From contig CBDFLS010000001.1 in NCBI GenBank assembly GCA_965249185.1, positions 445,918 through 509,917 of the forward strand: a stretch of DNA of 64,000 nucleotides. Direction: 5' to 3'. Position numbers and translations under genes: made by a program. Each line of letters starts with the position of its first letter. Position 1 is the stretch's first letter. The DNA is from Dehalococcoidia bacterium. Its GTDB lineage: Bacteria > Chloroflexota > Dehalococcoidia > Lucifugimonadales > Australimonadaceae. This document shows positions 28,847-38,137 of the stretch, piece after piece. Under the pieces are notes generated by a model that saw only the letters and a program-made list of their open reading frames with translations, was not told the origin of the DNA and made no database searches.

Positions 28847-29638
28847 CTACGAAAGTCCGGCCACCAACTCCGAGGCCGCCTCGGTGACCATCTCTCGGCT
28901 GGCCTGGTAGAAGATCTGCGCGTCCACTCCCAAGCAGCAATAGCGGATGCCGTGCCTGACCCACTCGCGGGCGGCCTCGGGCGTCTCCACAAAGAGGCCC
29001 ACCACCACTCCGGCGGCCTGCGCCTTCTCACACACCTCGCGGATCTTGTCGACCACCAGCGGGTGGTTGGGCTCCCCAACGACGCCCAGTGACTGGGAGA
29101 GGTCGTAGGGGCCGACAAAGACGGCGCTGAGGCCCTCAATGGTCAGTATGTCGTCGAGGTTGCTGAGCCCCTCTTGGCCCTCGATGGAGACGATGGCCAG
29201 AGTATCTTCGTTGGCCTGCAGGTAGTATTCGCGGTCATTGTTGGCCGAATAGTCGGCCGATCTGACGAAGGGACAGACGCCGCGGTTTCCGACAGGCCCA
29301 AACTTGGTTGCCCGCACCGCGTCCCGTGCGGCTTCCACGGTGCTCACGTGGGGCACATGCACCCCATCGGCGCCGATGTTGAGCGCCGCGGTAATCAGCT
29401 CCGGGCGGTTGGAAAGCACACGGACGATGGCCGCAATGCCCTGGGCATTGGCCGCTCGGACCATATTTTCAGCCGTCTCGAAATTGATCGCCCCATGCTC
29501 GAGGTCGATAATCACATAGTCAAAACCGGCATGAGCGAAGATTTCCACTGCTCCCACCGAGGGAAGCTGCACGAACGGACCGAACGCCGGAGACCCCGTA
29601 GCCCACTGCAACCGCAGGTTCTTGCTTCTCACCGCCAT
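28847..29638 (-). CDS. HpcH/HpaI-family aldolase (paralogue)
   Basis: 263 aa; YVIIDLEHG, HVPHVSTVEAA, IEGQEGLSNLDDI. Confidence 0.8.
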   Translation of the reverse strand: MAVRSKNLRLQWATGSPAFGPFVQLPSVGAVEIFAHAGFDYVIIDLEHGAINFETAENMVRAANAQGIAAIVRVLSNRPELITAALNIGADGVHVPHVSTVEAARDAVRATKFGPVGNRGVCPFVRSADYSANNDREYYLQANEDTLAIVSIEGQEGLSNLDDILTIEGLSAVFVGPYDLSQSLGVVGEPNHPLVVDKIREVCEKAQAAGVVVGLFVETPEAAREWVRHGIRYCCLGVDAQIFYQASREMVTEAASELVAGLS

Positions 29639-30013
29639 CCTCCTTCCGTGAACTGCTCAGAGATGGAGGTACATGAGCCCGTGGAACTTGCGCCATTACC
29701 TTTGTACCACCGCGCGCCAGTTTCTACAAGAGCGGGGCCGGTCCCCTGCACCCCAAATCGGGCATGGAGGCCGCATCTCGCACGCATCAGGCCCCTCCCG
29801 CTCAAGTTCTCCCGGCTCATCCAAAAGGCCACGGTCCCTACCGTTGGCGGGCATCCAGACGCCTGGACTCATCGAAGCCTGTGAGCCGGCGCAACCAGAT
29901 GGCGAGGCGTATGCTCATGTCGCCATATTTTCGGTCCCGCGGAGCGACACGCGCCTCTTGGCACCCACGATATTCCGCATATAGTATCGCAACGCGACAG
30001 GCCTGACCGCTCG

Positions 30014-30553
30014 ATGAGGAGGCGACCGATGCAAAGGCTCTTCTTCGATATCCTCGATACGTCGTGGGGCTGGGTGGGCGTGATTGGGTCGGCCACGGGC
30101 ATCCGGCGCACAACGCTGCCCATGGCCACTCCCACCGAGGCCTTGGCGGACCTTGGCCCGGAGGCGGGACGGGCTGAGGAGCGGCCGAACGCATTCCAGG
30201 AGTTCCGCCAGCAGTTGGAGGGATACCTTCGGGGCGAGCGCGTGGAGTGGGACGTGGCGCTGGACCTGAGCGGCGTCTCCGACTTCTACCAGCGAGCGTG
30301 GGCGGCGTGCCGGTCCATACCGGCGGGCGAGACGCGAAGCTACGGATGGCTGGCGGCCGAGGCGGGCAGCCCTGGGGCGTCGCGCGCGGCGGGCCAGGCC
30401 ATGGCCCGCAACCGCATCCCACTGGTGATCCCCTGCCACCGGGTCATCGGCAGCGACGGCCGGCTGCACGGGTTTGGCGGCGCGGGGCTGCCCTTGAAGG
30501 CACGGCTGTTGGCGCTGGACCATGACGGCGGCGTCCTGACTGCACGGGCCTAG
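30014..30553 (+). CDS. ogt: methylated-DNA--protein-cysteine methyltransferase
   Basis: C-terminal IPAGETRSYGWLA...NRIPLVIPCHRVIGSDG (PCHR active site). Confidence 0.85.
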   Translation: MRRRPMQRLFFDILDTSWGWVGVIGSATGIRRTTLPMATPTEALADLGPEAGRAEERPNAFQEFRQQLEGYLRGERVEWDVALDLSGVSDFYQRAWAACRSIPAGETRSYGWLAAEAGSPGASRAAGQAMARNRIPLVIPCHRVIGSDGRLHGFGGAGLPLKARLLALDHDGGVLTARA

Positions 30554-30611
30554 CACCTCACCGGTCATTCAGGCAGTCTCATCATTCTGTCCCATGACTC
30601 TGGAGGGCCCA

Positions 30612-30852
30612 TCACGCTGGCGGGCCCTCCCCTTCGGAGGCCGCCTGCGCCAAGTGCTCCTCCAGGACAGTCAGGGCCTGCGCATTCAGGTGCTCGGGGA
30701 CCAGCACGCGGCAGGGGGTGAGCGCTCACCCCGAGGAAGCTGCTGACATCGCCGGAGCGCAGCCGGGCTGGGACGTGCGCGTTCACCAGCAGCTCAAGCC
30801 ACATCTCCGCGGTGAGCTGGTCGGGCGCGGTGGCGGCCACCACCCACTTCAT
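30612..30852 (-). pseudogene. DUF2007-like small protein interrupted by a +1 frameshift in a C5/G5 run
   Basis: MKWVVAATAPDQLTAEMWLELLVNAHVPARL...FLGVSAH, then the family-typical PCRVLVPEHLNAQALTVLEEHL continues in another frame after the G5 run at 30714..30718. Confidence 0.6.
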
Positions 30853-30871
30853 CTGGTGGCCCTTCCCACGC

Positions 30872-33800
30872 TCACGCCGATGCCGGCTGAACGCTCACCG
30901 CATCCTCGTGGCCCAGCCTCTCGCCTAGCAGGCGATGCAGCTCGGAGCAGTAGCCCGTGGTAATGATGGGCATCTCCAACCGCCACCGCTTGCCCTGACT
31001 GAAGATGATCAGGTCCACTCCGTCGGTGCCGGGGAACTCCAGGAGGAGTTGGAGCAGTCCCTTCAGGAAACGGGCGTCCTCCTCCGGCCGGTCGGTCTCG
31101 GTGAGATTGATCAGCACCTTCTGCCGTTTCTCTTCCCGCGATGCCCGGTCCCCGTTGGAGGGGGGAGAGGCCTGGGCCGAAACGCTGCTAGCCTTCGGCG
31201 GGCCGTCGCCGTCCTGCACCGCGGGCCCGAGAGCGGTGTCCGCGGAGCGGGCCGTAGCGCCGTTCGTATGAGGCGCGGCTTGCGGCGTGGCTTGCTCAGG
31301 CGCCGCCTCAGAGCTGGGCGCGGCCTCGTAGCTGGGCGCAGCCTTGGACGGGGGCTCGGTCCACTCCTCCACCTTGGGGGATTCCACAGGTGATTCCTCG
31401 GGCTCAGTAACCTCGGCGGGCGCCTCGTAGAGGACAGCCTTTTCGCACGAGACCGTCAGGTTATCGCCCTGGCGGCGGATACGGCCCAGGACCTGAACAA
31501 TGGCGCCCTCCTGCCACAGGTCGGCGGTGGCGGTGTAGACATCGGGCCAGACGGCCACCTCCACCGACTCCACGAAGAGCTCCAGGGTGACGAAGAGGCA
31601 GCGCCGGCGGTCCTTGGTGTAGCCCTGACGCACCGAGGAGACCGGCCCCACCACGGTGACCCGGGCGCCCTGCTTCTCCAGCTCCAACTGGTCCCGGGCC
31701 AGGATCACATGGGAGGGGACTTGGCCGGCCAGGTAGCTCAACGGGTTGCCGGAGAGGGAGACGCCGAGGAGCTGGCGCTCCCAGGCCGCCTGCTCACCAG
31801 CGGAGACCGCCGGCGCTTCGCGGAGCTGCACCGCGTCCAGAGGCGTGGGGACGGACTGGCCGAAGAGGTCGAACATGGTCACCTGACCGGACTTGCGGAG
31901 CTGGGACTCCCGCTGCGCCAGACCGATAAGCTGGTCGACGCTTGCCAGAAGCGCTCCCCGAGGCCCCAGGCAGTCGAGGGCGCCCACGCGCACCAGGCTC
32001 TCCAGCGCCCGCCGGCCAGCCACCGCCAGCCCCGACCGGCGGCAATAGTCCTCCAGGTCCGCGAATACGCCTTCCTCCCGCCGCGCCTCCACCATCGGGC
32101 TCACGGCGGACGCGCCGACGTTCTTGATGGCCGCCAGACCGAACCGAATGGCGGGGCGGCCATCCTCATCGGTGTCGAGGGAGAATCCGACATCGCTCCG
32201 GTTGACGTCGGGTGGGAGCACGGGAATGCGAAGGCGGGCGCACTCGCCGACGACGGCCATCACCTTATCCGCGTTGCCCAGGTAGGCGTTCAGCACGGAG
32301 GTCATGAACGCGACGGGGTAGTTGGCCTTGAAGTACGCGGTGGCGTAGGCCACGAGCGCATAGCTCACGCTGTGGGCCTTATTGAAGGCGTAGCCGGCGA
32401 AGGGCTCGATCAGGTCGAACACCTCCTCGGCCAGCCGACGGTCGTAGCCTTGGGCAACCGCCCCATCGAGAAAGCGGTCTCTCTCCTGGGCCATGAGCTC
32501 GCGGATTTTCTTGCCCATGGCCTTGCGGACGATGTCCGCGGTGCCCAGGGAGTAGCCCGCAAAGGCACGGAGCACCAGCAGCACCTGGTCCTGATAGACG
32601 ATGACCCCGTAGGTCTCCTCCAGGATCTCCTGCAGGACCGTATGAGGGTATTTGGGAGGTACACGGCCATGCTTGGCATCGATAAACGTGCCGATATGCT
32701 CCATGGGGCCGGGCCGGTAGAGGGCGATCATGGCCGCGAGGTCGCTCAGGGTGGAGGGCTGCAAGTCCTTGATGTACCGCCGCATGCCGGGGCTCTCCAG
32801 TTGGAATAACCCTGTGGTCTCGCCCGACCCGAGCAGCTCAAAGGTGAGCCTGTCGTCCGGCGGGAGTTTCTGGACGTCGATCTCAATGCCCCGGCTGCGC
32901 TTTACCAGGTCGCGCGTCATGCTCAGGATGGTGAGGTTGGCGAGGCCCAAGAAGTCCATCTTCAGCAGCCCCAGCTTGGCCAGGGGCCCCATGGAGTACT
33001 GGGTCATGGCGATGGCGTTCTCGTCGCCCTTCACCGGCCGCTGGAGGGGCACCTGCTCCACCAGGGGGTCCTCGGAGATGACGACGCCGGCGGCGTGGGT
33101 GCTGGCGTGGCGGACCACTCCCTCCAGCTTGCGGGCGGTGTCCACGAGCTCCCGGAGCGTATCGTCGGCGGAGTAGGCCTCTTGGAGCTCGGGGGAAGAC
33201 TGATAGGCGTCGTCGATGGTCACGCCCAAGCGGTTGGGGACCAGGCGCGCAATGCGGTCCACATCGGCGTAGGGCAGCGCCAGGGCTCTGCCCACGTCCC
33301 GGATCGCCGCCTTGGCGCCCAGGGTGCCGAAGGTGATGATCTGGGCGACGTGGTCGTGGCCGTACTTATCGACGACGTAACGGATGGCCTCATCGCGCCG
33401 GTCATCCTGGAAATCGATATCTATGTCGGGCATCTCCTTGCGCTCCACATTGAGGAAGCGCTCGAAGACCAGCCGGTGCTCCAGGGGGTTGATATCGGTG
33501 ACGCTCAAGCAGTAGAGCGCCATGGAGGAGGCGGCGCTTCCGCGCACACCGAGCATGATGCCGTTGCGGCGGGCGAAATCGGCGATGTCGGCCACCACCA
33601 GGAAGTAGTTGGCGTAGCGGGTCTTGGCGATAACGTCCAGCTCATACTCCAGGCGCTCCCCGGCATCCGACGACCGCGGAACGGTGAATCGGCGCTGGAA
33701 GCCCTCCCAGCAGAGCCGCGCCAGGTAATCGTCCGGCCCCTCCGAAGCAGGGGTGGGGAACTGGGGGAGGTGGAGGGTGGAGAAGTCCAAGGTCACCTGG

Positions 33801-34618
33801 CACATCTCCGCGATGCGCTGGGTGTTGTCGATGGCTTCGGGCAAGTCGGCGAAGAGCGCCTCCATCTCCTGGGGACTCTTCAGGTAGTACGAGTCATCGG
33901 CCATCTTCATACGCTTGTCGTCGTTGACGTTGGTGTTGGTCTGGATGCAGACCATCACGTCCTGATAGGGGGCGTCCTCCACGTTGACGTAATGGAGGTC
34001 GTTGGTGGCCACCAGTGGAATGTCAAACTCCGACCGCAATCGCAGAAGGCCCTCGTTGAGCTCGTCGAGAAATGGGAGGTTGCCGTGGCGCTGGAGCTCC
34101 AGATAGAAGTCGGGAAAGCGCTCCTTGTACCACCGGGCCGCCCGTGTCGCCCCATCCATGTCGCCGTCCCTGAGGAGACGGGAGAGCTCCGAGCTGGGAC
34201 AACCGGAGAGGACCACGAGGCCCTCGCCGTGCTGCTCCAGCAGCTCCTTGTCCACCCGGGGCTTGTAGTAGAAGCCCTCCAGGTTGGAACTGGTGACCAG
34301 CTTCATCAGATTCTGGTAGCCCTGGTTGTCCTTGGCCAGGACCGTCAGATGGAAGGGGGTCTTGTCAGCGGGGGTCTTGTCATGGCGACTGCCGGAGGCC
34401 ACATAGAGCTCGCAGCCGATGATGGGCTTGATGCCCGCCTCCAGACAAGCCGAGTAGAACTCCACCACGCCGTACAGGCCGCCGTGGTCGGTGATAGCGA
34501 TGGAGCCCATCTCCAGCTCCTGGGCGCGCCGGAGCAGCGGGTCGATGCGGCTCAGGCCATCCAGCAGGCTATATTCGGTGTGCAGATGGAGGTGAGTGAA
34601 CAAGGACGCTCCAGCCAT
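30872..34618 (-). CDS. dnaE: DNA polymerase III alpha subunit
   Basis: 1248 aa; PHP domain HLHLHTEYSLLDG, pol IIIa core, OB fold, plus a low-complexity Ala/Pro/Ser C-terminal insert. Confidence 0.95.
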   Translation of the reverse strand: MAGASLFTHLHLHTEYSLLDGLSRIDPLLRRAQELEMGSIAITDHGGLYGVVEFYSACLEAGIKPIIGCELYVASGSRHDKTPADKTPFHLTVLAKDNQGYQNLMKLVTSSNLEGFYYKPRVDKELLEQHGEGLVVLSGCPSSELSRLLRDGDMDGATRAARWYKERFPDFYLELQRHGNLPFLDELNEGLLRLRSEFDIPLVATNDLHYVNVEDAPYQDVMVCIQTNTNVNDDKRMKMADDSYYLKSPQEMEALFADLPEAIDNTQRIAEMCQVTLDFSTLHLPQFPTPASEGPDDYLARLCWEGFQRRFTVPRSSDAGERLEYELDVIAKTRYANYFLVVADIADFARRNGIMLGVRGSAASSMALYCLSVTDINPLEHRLVFERFLNVERKEMPDIDIDFQDDRRDEAIRYVVDKYGHDHVAQIITFGTLGAKAAIRDVGRALALPYADVDRIARLVPNRLGVTIDDAYQSSPELQEAYSADDTLRELVDTARKLEGVVRHASTHAAGVVISEDPLVEQVPLQRPVKGDENAIAMTQYSMGPLAKLGLLKMDFLGLANLTILSMTRDLVKRSRGIEIDVQKLPPDDRLTFELLGSGETTGLFQLESPGMRRYIKDLQPSTLSDLAAMIALYRPGPMEHIGTFIDAKHGRVPPKYPHTVLQEILEETYGVIVYQDQVLLVLRAFAGYSLGTADIVRKAMGKKIRELMAQERDRFLDGAVAQGYDRRLAEEVFDLIEPFAGYAFNKAHSVSYALVAYATAYFKANYPVAFMTSVLNAYLGNADKVMAVVGECARLRIPVLPPDVNRSDVGFSLDTDEDGRPAIRFGLAAIKNVGASAVSPMVEARREEGVFADLEDYCRRSGLAVAGRRALESLVRVGALDCLGPRGALLASVDQLIGLAQRESQLRKSGQVTMFDLFGQSVPTPLDAVQLREAPAVSAGEQAAWERQLLGVSLSGNPLSYLAGQVPSHVILARDQLELEKQGARVTVVGPVSSVRQGYTKDRRRCLFVTLELFVESVEVAVWPDVYTATADLWQEGAIVQVLGRIRRQGDNLTVSCEKAVLYEAPAEVTEPEESPVESPKVEEWTEPPSKAAPSYEAAPSSEAAPEQATPQAAPHTNGATARSADTALGPAVQDGDGPPKASSVSAQASPPSNGDRASREEKRQKVLINLTETDRPEEDARFLKGLLQLLLEFPGTDGVDLIIFSQGKRWRLEMPIITTGYCSELHRLLGERLGHEDAVSVQPASA

Positions 34619-34713
34619 TTCCGATGACGACGGGGGGCCATTATACCGGTGCGGGCCGGGCGCACCAAGAGTAAAAACCTCAACATTTTGCGGCGTGAGA
34701 CAACCCTAACCCC

Positions 34714-35913
34714 TCATCCGGTAGCGGAGGTCCGAGGCGCCCCGGGCCCTTGTGCAATCGTGTGGAGCATGGCCTGGGCGAGCAGGTCCACCTCCGCCTC
34801 GGTGTTGAACGGCGCCGTGCTGAACCGGACGCCCGCGGGGTAGGCTACGGCCCGGGCCGCGATCCGCCAGCTCTCCCACAGCTCGTCCACCAGGGCTTCG
34901 GGCTCCCAGCCCTCGACGGACACGGACACGAGGCCGGACGAAAGCTCCGGGGTCTCAGGCGAGGTAACGGTGCAGCCGGGCATCTCCGACAGCGTGCGCC
35001 GGAGCCTTGTGGCCAGGGCCACGCAATGCTGCTCCACGGTCTCCATACCAATGCCGGTGATGAGCTTGATGGCCTCGGTGAGCCCGGCCAGGAGCGCCAT
35101 GCTCTGCGAGGCGGTGGCCTGCAACAGCTCCAGGGGCGAGCGCGGGGCCGGATAGCCCCTGGCCTCGGCCTGCCGCTGGGCCCGAGGGGTGGTGAAGGAT
35201 GCGCTGAGGCGCTCCCAGTGGTCAGGTGCGACGAAGAGGGCTCCGGTCCCCAGAGGCCCAAGCAGCCATTTCTGGCCCGAGATGGCGTAGAAGTCGACGC
35301 CCAGCTCACGCATGTCCAGGGCGAGATGGCCGGTGGCCTGGGCGCCGTCCACCAGCAGCAGGGCGCCAGCCCGGTGAGCCGCCTCAGCGATCTCTCTCAT
35401 GGGCATGCGGAGCCCGCAGGAGTACTGAACGTGGCTGAGGGCCACCAGCCTGGTGCGCGGGCCCAAAGCGTGTTGGAGCGAGCTCACTATCTCGTCGGCC
35501 GACGAGCGGGGCGAGATCTCCACGACCTTCACCACGACACCCCGGCGCTCGACCAGGACCTCCGCCGGCACCTGGAGGGCCGGGTGCTCGAGGTCGCAGG
35601 TCACCAGCTCATCGCCGGGCTCCCAAGGGAGGCCGTGCAGCACGATGTTGACACCCTCGGTGGTGCCGTGGGTGAGCAGCATCTCCCGTGGGTCGGCGCG
35701 CACCAGGGCGGCCACCGCGGCCTGGGCCTCACCGTGGACCGTGGCGGCCAAGCGGAGACCGTCAAGACCGGCGGGGCCGGCTTCGCTCTCCTGGCGCAGC
35801 ACCTGGCGGACCCGCTCCACGACCGGCTCCGGCGACGGCCCAGCCCAGCCGGTGTTCAGATAGACCATCTTCCTGGTGGCTGGCACCAGCTCGCGGAGGG
35901 AATCTATGTCCAT
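34714..35913 (-). CDS. class-V aminotransferase / cysteine desulfurase-like PLP enzyme
   Basis: 399 aa; SGQKWLLGPLGTGALFV PLP-lysine region. Confidence 0.8.
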   Translation of the reverse strand: MDIDSLRELVPATRKMVYLNTGWAGPSPEPVVERVRQVLRQESEAGPAGLDGLRLAATVHGEAQAAVAALVRADPREMLLTHGTTEGVNIVLHGLPWEPGDELVTCDLEHPALQVPAEVLVERRGVVVKVVEISPRSSADEIVSSLQHALGPRTRLVALSHVQYSCGLRMPMREIAEAAHRAGALLLVDGAQATGHLALDMRELGVDFYAISGQKWLLGPLGTGALFVAPDHWERLSASFTTPRAQRQAEARGYPAPRSPLELLQATASQSMALLAGLTEAIKLITGIGMETVEQHCVALATRLRRTLSEMPGCTVTSPETPELSSGLVSVSVEGWEPEALVDELWESWRIAARAVAYPAGVRFSTAPFNTEAEVDLLAQAMLHTIAQGPGAPRTSATG

Positions 35914-35949
35914 CTCAACGCCTTTCGACGGTATGCTCCGGGAGTTTGG

Positions 35950-36951
35950 TCACGGGGTTTCCGCTTGCTGGGCCTGCTTTCGACGCTCAATCATGGCGCG
36001 GACCGCGCCGATGGAGCCCAGCCCCTCCCGGGGGAGCACGAAGACCGCAATGACGGTAGGAGGGAGAAAGAGGAGGACGTGCAGGAGGATGGCAAAGCCG
36101 AGGGCGAGGTCCCTGGGGACTCCCCACAAGCCCAGCAGGGAGACGGTGGCGAACTCGAAGGTCCCCACGGCCCCCGGAAGGCCGGGAAGCGCGGTGGAGA
36201 AGAAGATGGCCCCCACGACTGTGACCATCGCCTCGGCAAAGGTGATCTCGATGCCAAGCCCGCGAGCGAGGACCAGCCCCACGGGGCCGAGCAGGAGCCA
36301 GTAGGCGCAGGTCAGGGCAAAGGACGCCCCCACCCGGCGTTTGCTGGCCCAAAGGTTGGCCAGGACCTCCTCGAAGGAGGTGATTCCGGGGAGCCGGCGC
36401 ATGAAGGGGAGGAACCGAACTATCCTCCTTAGGTTGAGCATGATCAGAAGCCATCCGATGGCAAATGCGCTGGTGGCGGCAATGGCGGGGGTGAAGCGAA
36501 GGAGCGTGGGGAGCGCGATAACGGCCGCGCTGACGAAGAAGATGGTGAAGGTGAGGTCCTGAATCCTACTCATCAGCATGGTGGCTATCACCGAGCCGCC
36601 GGGAAGGCGGTCGCGCACGGTAAGGATGCCGAAGGTCACTATCTCGTCCATGGCCCGGACGGGCGAGATGTTGTTCATGCCCAGCGCGGCGTTTTCGATC
36701 CAGAACAGGCGGAGCGGGCTGACCCGCGCGGTGGTCCACATGAGCCACCAGCGCACGGACCTGAGATACATGGAGAGCAGGAGTATTGCGACGGCCAAGA
36801 CTAGGAGGCCGGGCGGGAACTCCTTCAGCGCCATCCCGACCCGGTCCCACTCGACTCCCCGGCCGGCCAGCCAGCCGAGCAACAGCCCCAGGCCGGCGCC
36901 CAGGGACCCGATGCCGGTCCAGGTCAGCAATCGCCGCGTGTTGTCCGTCAT
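35950..36951 (-). CDS. UPF0104 / lysylphosphatidylglycerol-synthase-TM-region-like (flippase-like) membrane protein
   Basis: 333 aa, about 8 TM segments; family call from general pattern. Confidence 0.6.
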   Translation of the reverse strand: MTDNTRRLLTWTGIGSLGAGLGLLLGWLAGRGVEWDRVGMALKEFPPGLLVLAVAILLLSMYLRSVRWWLMWTTARVSPLRLFWIENAALGMNNISPVRAMDEIVTFGILTVRDRLPGGSVIATMLMSRIQDLTFTIFFVSAAVIALPTLLRFTPAIAATSAFAIGWLLIMLNLRRIVRFLPFMRRLPGITSFEEVLANLWASKRRVGASFALTCAYWLLLGPVGLVLARGLGIEITFAEAMVTVVGAIFFSTALPGLPGAVGTFEFATVSLLGLWGVPRDLALGFAILLHVLLFLPPTVIAVFVLPREGLGSIGAVRAMIERRKQAQQAETP

Positions 36952-37178
36952 CTCTCCGTGTGCCTCGCGCCGCCTTCGAGCAAGTCAAACGCCTCGTTCA
37001 ATAAAAGTGCGGTTCTATAATACATAGGGAACGCAACAGCGCCTCGCGGAGAAACGGCGAGAACGCCCACTCCGCCATCAGATGGCTGCCGCCCCGCCGG
37101 GGTCTGTATAATAGCTTCGGCTGTCGATAGCGGCTCCCGACCCCTTATCTGAAGGGGCCGTTTTGAGGAGGGTGATTC

Positions 37179-38132
37179 TTGGCCATGGTCCTGGTAACGG
37201 GCGCCGCCGGCTTTGTGGGAAGGCGGGTAGTTCGTGCGCTGCGCCAGCGAGGCCAGCACGTGCGGGGGCTGCTGCGCTCCCGCGGAAACGCGGCGTTGGT
37301 GTTGGAGACCGGGGCGGAGACGGCCATTGGAGACGTCACCGATCCCGCTTCGCTGGAGGCCGCGCTGACGGGCGTCACCCACGTGGTGCATCTGGTGGCC
37401 ATCATCCGGGAGCGCGGAGGGCGCACCTTCGTCTCGGTGAACAGAGAGGGAACGCGGAACCTGGTGGAGGCGGCCCAGCGGTGTGGAGTCCGGCGCCTGG
37501 TCCACCTGAGCGCCATGGGCGCGCGGGACAACCCGCGGTTCCCCTACCTCCGCTCCAAGTGGCAGGGGGAGCAGGTGGTGGGCCAGGGGAATATTCCATT
37601 CACTATTCTCAAACCCTCCATGCTGTTTGGGGCGGGCGATGCGTTCTTCAATCCACTGGCCGCGGGGGTGAAGGCGCTGCCGGTAACTCCCATTATTGGC
37701 AACGGGCGGGTGGCGTTCCAGCCCGTGTCCGTCGATGAGGTGGCGGAGGTGGTGGCCAACACGCTGGAGGATGACTCCACCGTGGGAGAGGTGCTCGAGC
37801 TAGGCGGCCCCGAGCGAATGACCTACAATCAGCTCATGGACGCGGTGCGCAAGCACCTGAACGTTCGCAGGCCGCGAGTGCACATCCCCGCAGCGCTGCT
37901 GCGGCCCTTCATCGCCGTTGGCGAGAGAGTGCTCCGCCAGCCGCCCATCACACGCCCCATGCTGGACATGGTGGCGTTGGACAATGTAACGGAGGCCAAC
38001 GCCATGCCCCGCTTGCTGGGCCGCACCCCCCTTTCGGTGGCCGAGGGCATCGGTTACATTCGTGACATCAGCTTTGCCCAGGCATGGCGGATGCTCCTGG
38101 GATTTACACCCGCCAGCATCAGGGACCACTGA
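37179..38132 (+). CDS. NAD(P)-binding epimerase/dehydratase-family (NDUFA9/NmrA-like) protein
   Basis: N-terminal Rossmann VLVTGAAGFVGRRVV; 317 aa. Confidence 0.8.
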   Translation: MAMVLVTGAAGFVGRRVVRALRQRGQHVRGLLRSRGNAALVLETGAETAIGDVTDPASLEAALTGVTHVVHLVAIIRERGGRTFVSVNREGTRNLVEAAQRCGVRRLVHLSAMGARDNPRFPYLRSKWQGEQVVGQGNIPFTILKPSMLFGAGDAFFNPLAAGVKALPVTPIIGNGRVAFQPVSVDEVAEVVANTLEDDSTVGEVLELGGPERMTYNQLMDAVRKHLNVRRPRVHIPAALLRPFIAVGERVLRQPPITRPMLDMVALDNVTEANAMPRLLGRTPLSVAEGIGYIRDISFAQAWRMLLGFTPASIRDH

Positions 38133-38137
38133 GGCCC

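Noticed and set aside
27982-29139. 385-aa version of the HpcH aldolase ORF, and similarly the 869-aa version of the SBP ORF 9046..11655.
   Set aside because: The N-terminal extensions overlap upstream genes and translate to Arg/Pro/Trp-rich nonsense. Internal ATGs (28797 and 11529) give a family-typical N-terminus and a lipoprotein signal, respectively.
37141-37165. Terminator/attenuator hairpin (CCCCTT-atctg-AAGGGG + GTTTT) in the leader of the epimerase-family gene.
   Set aside because: The stem is only 6 bp and the U-tract is 4 nt, so stability is marginal. No upstream ORF or alternative structure was identified.
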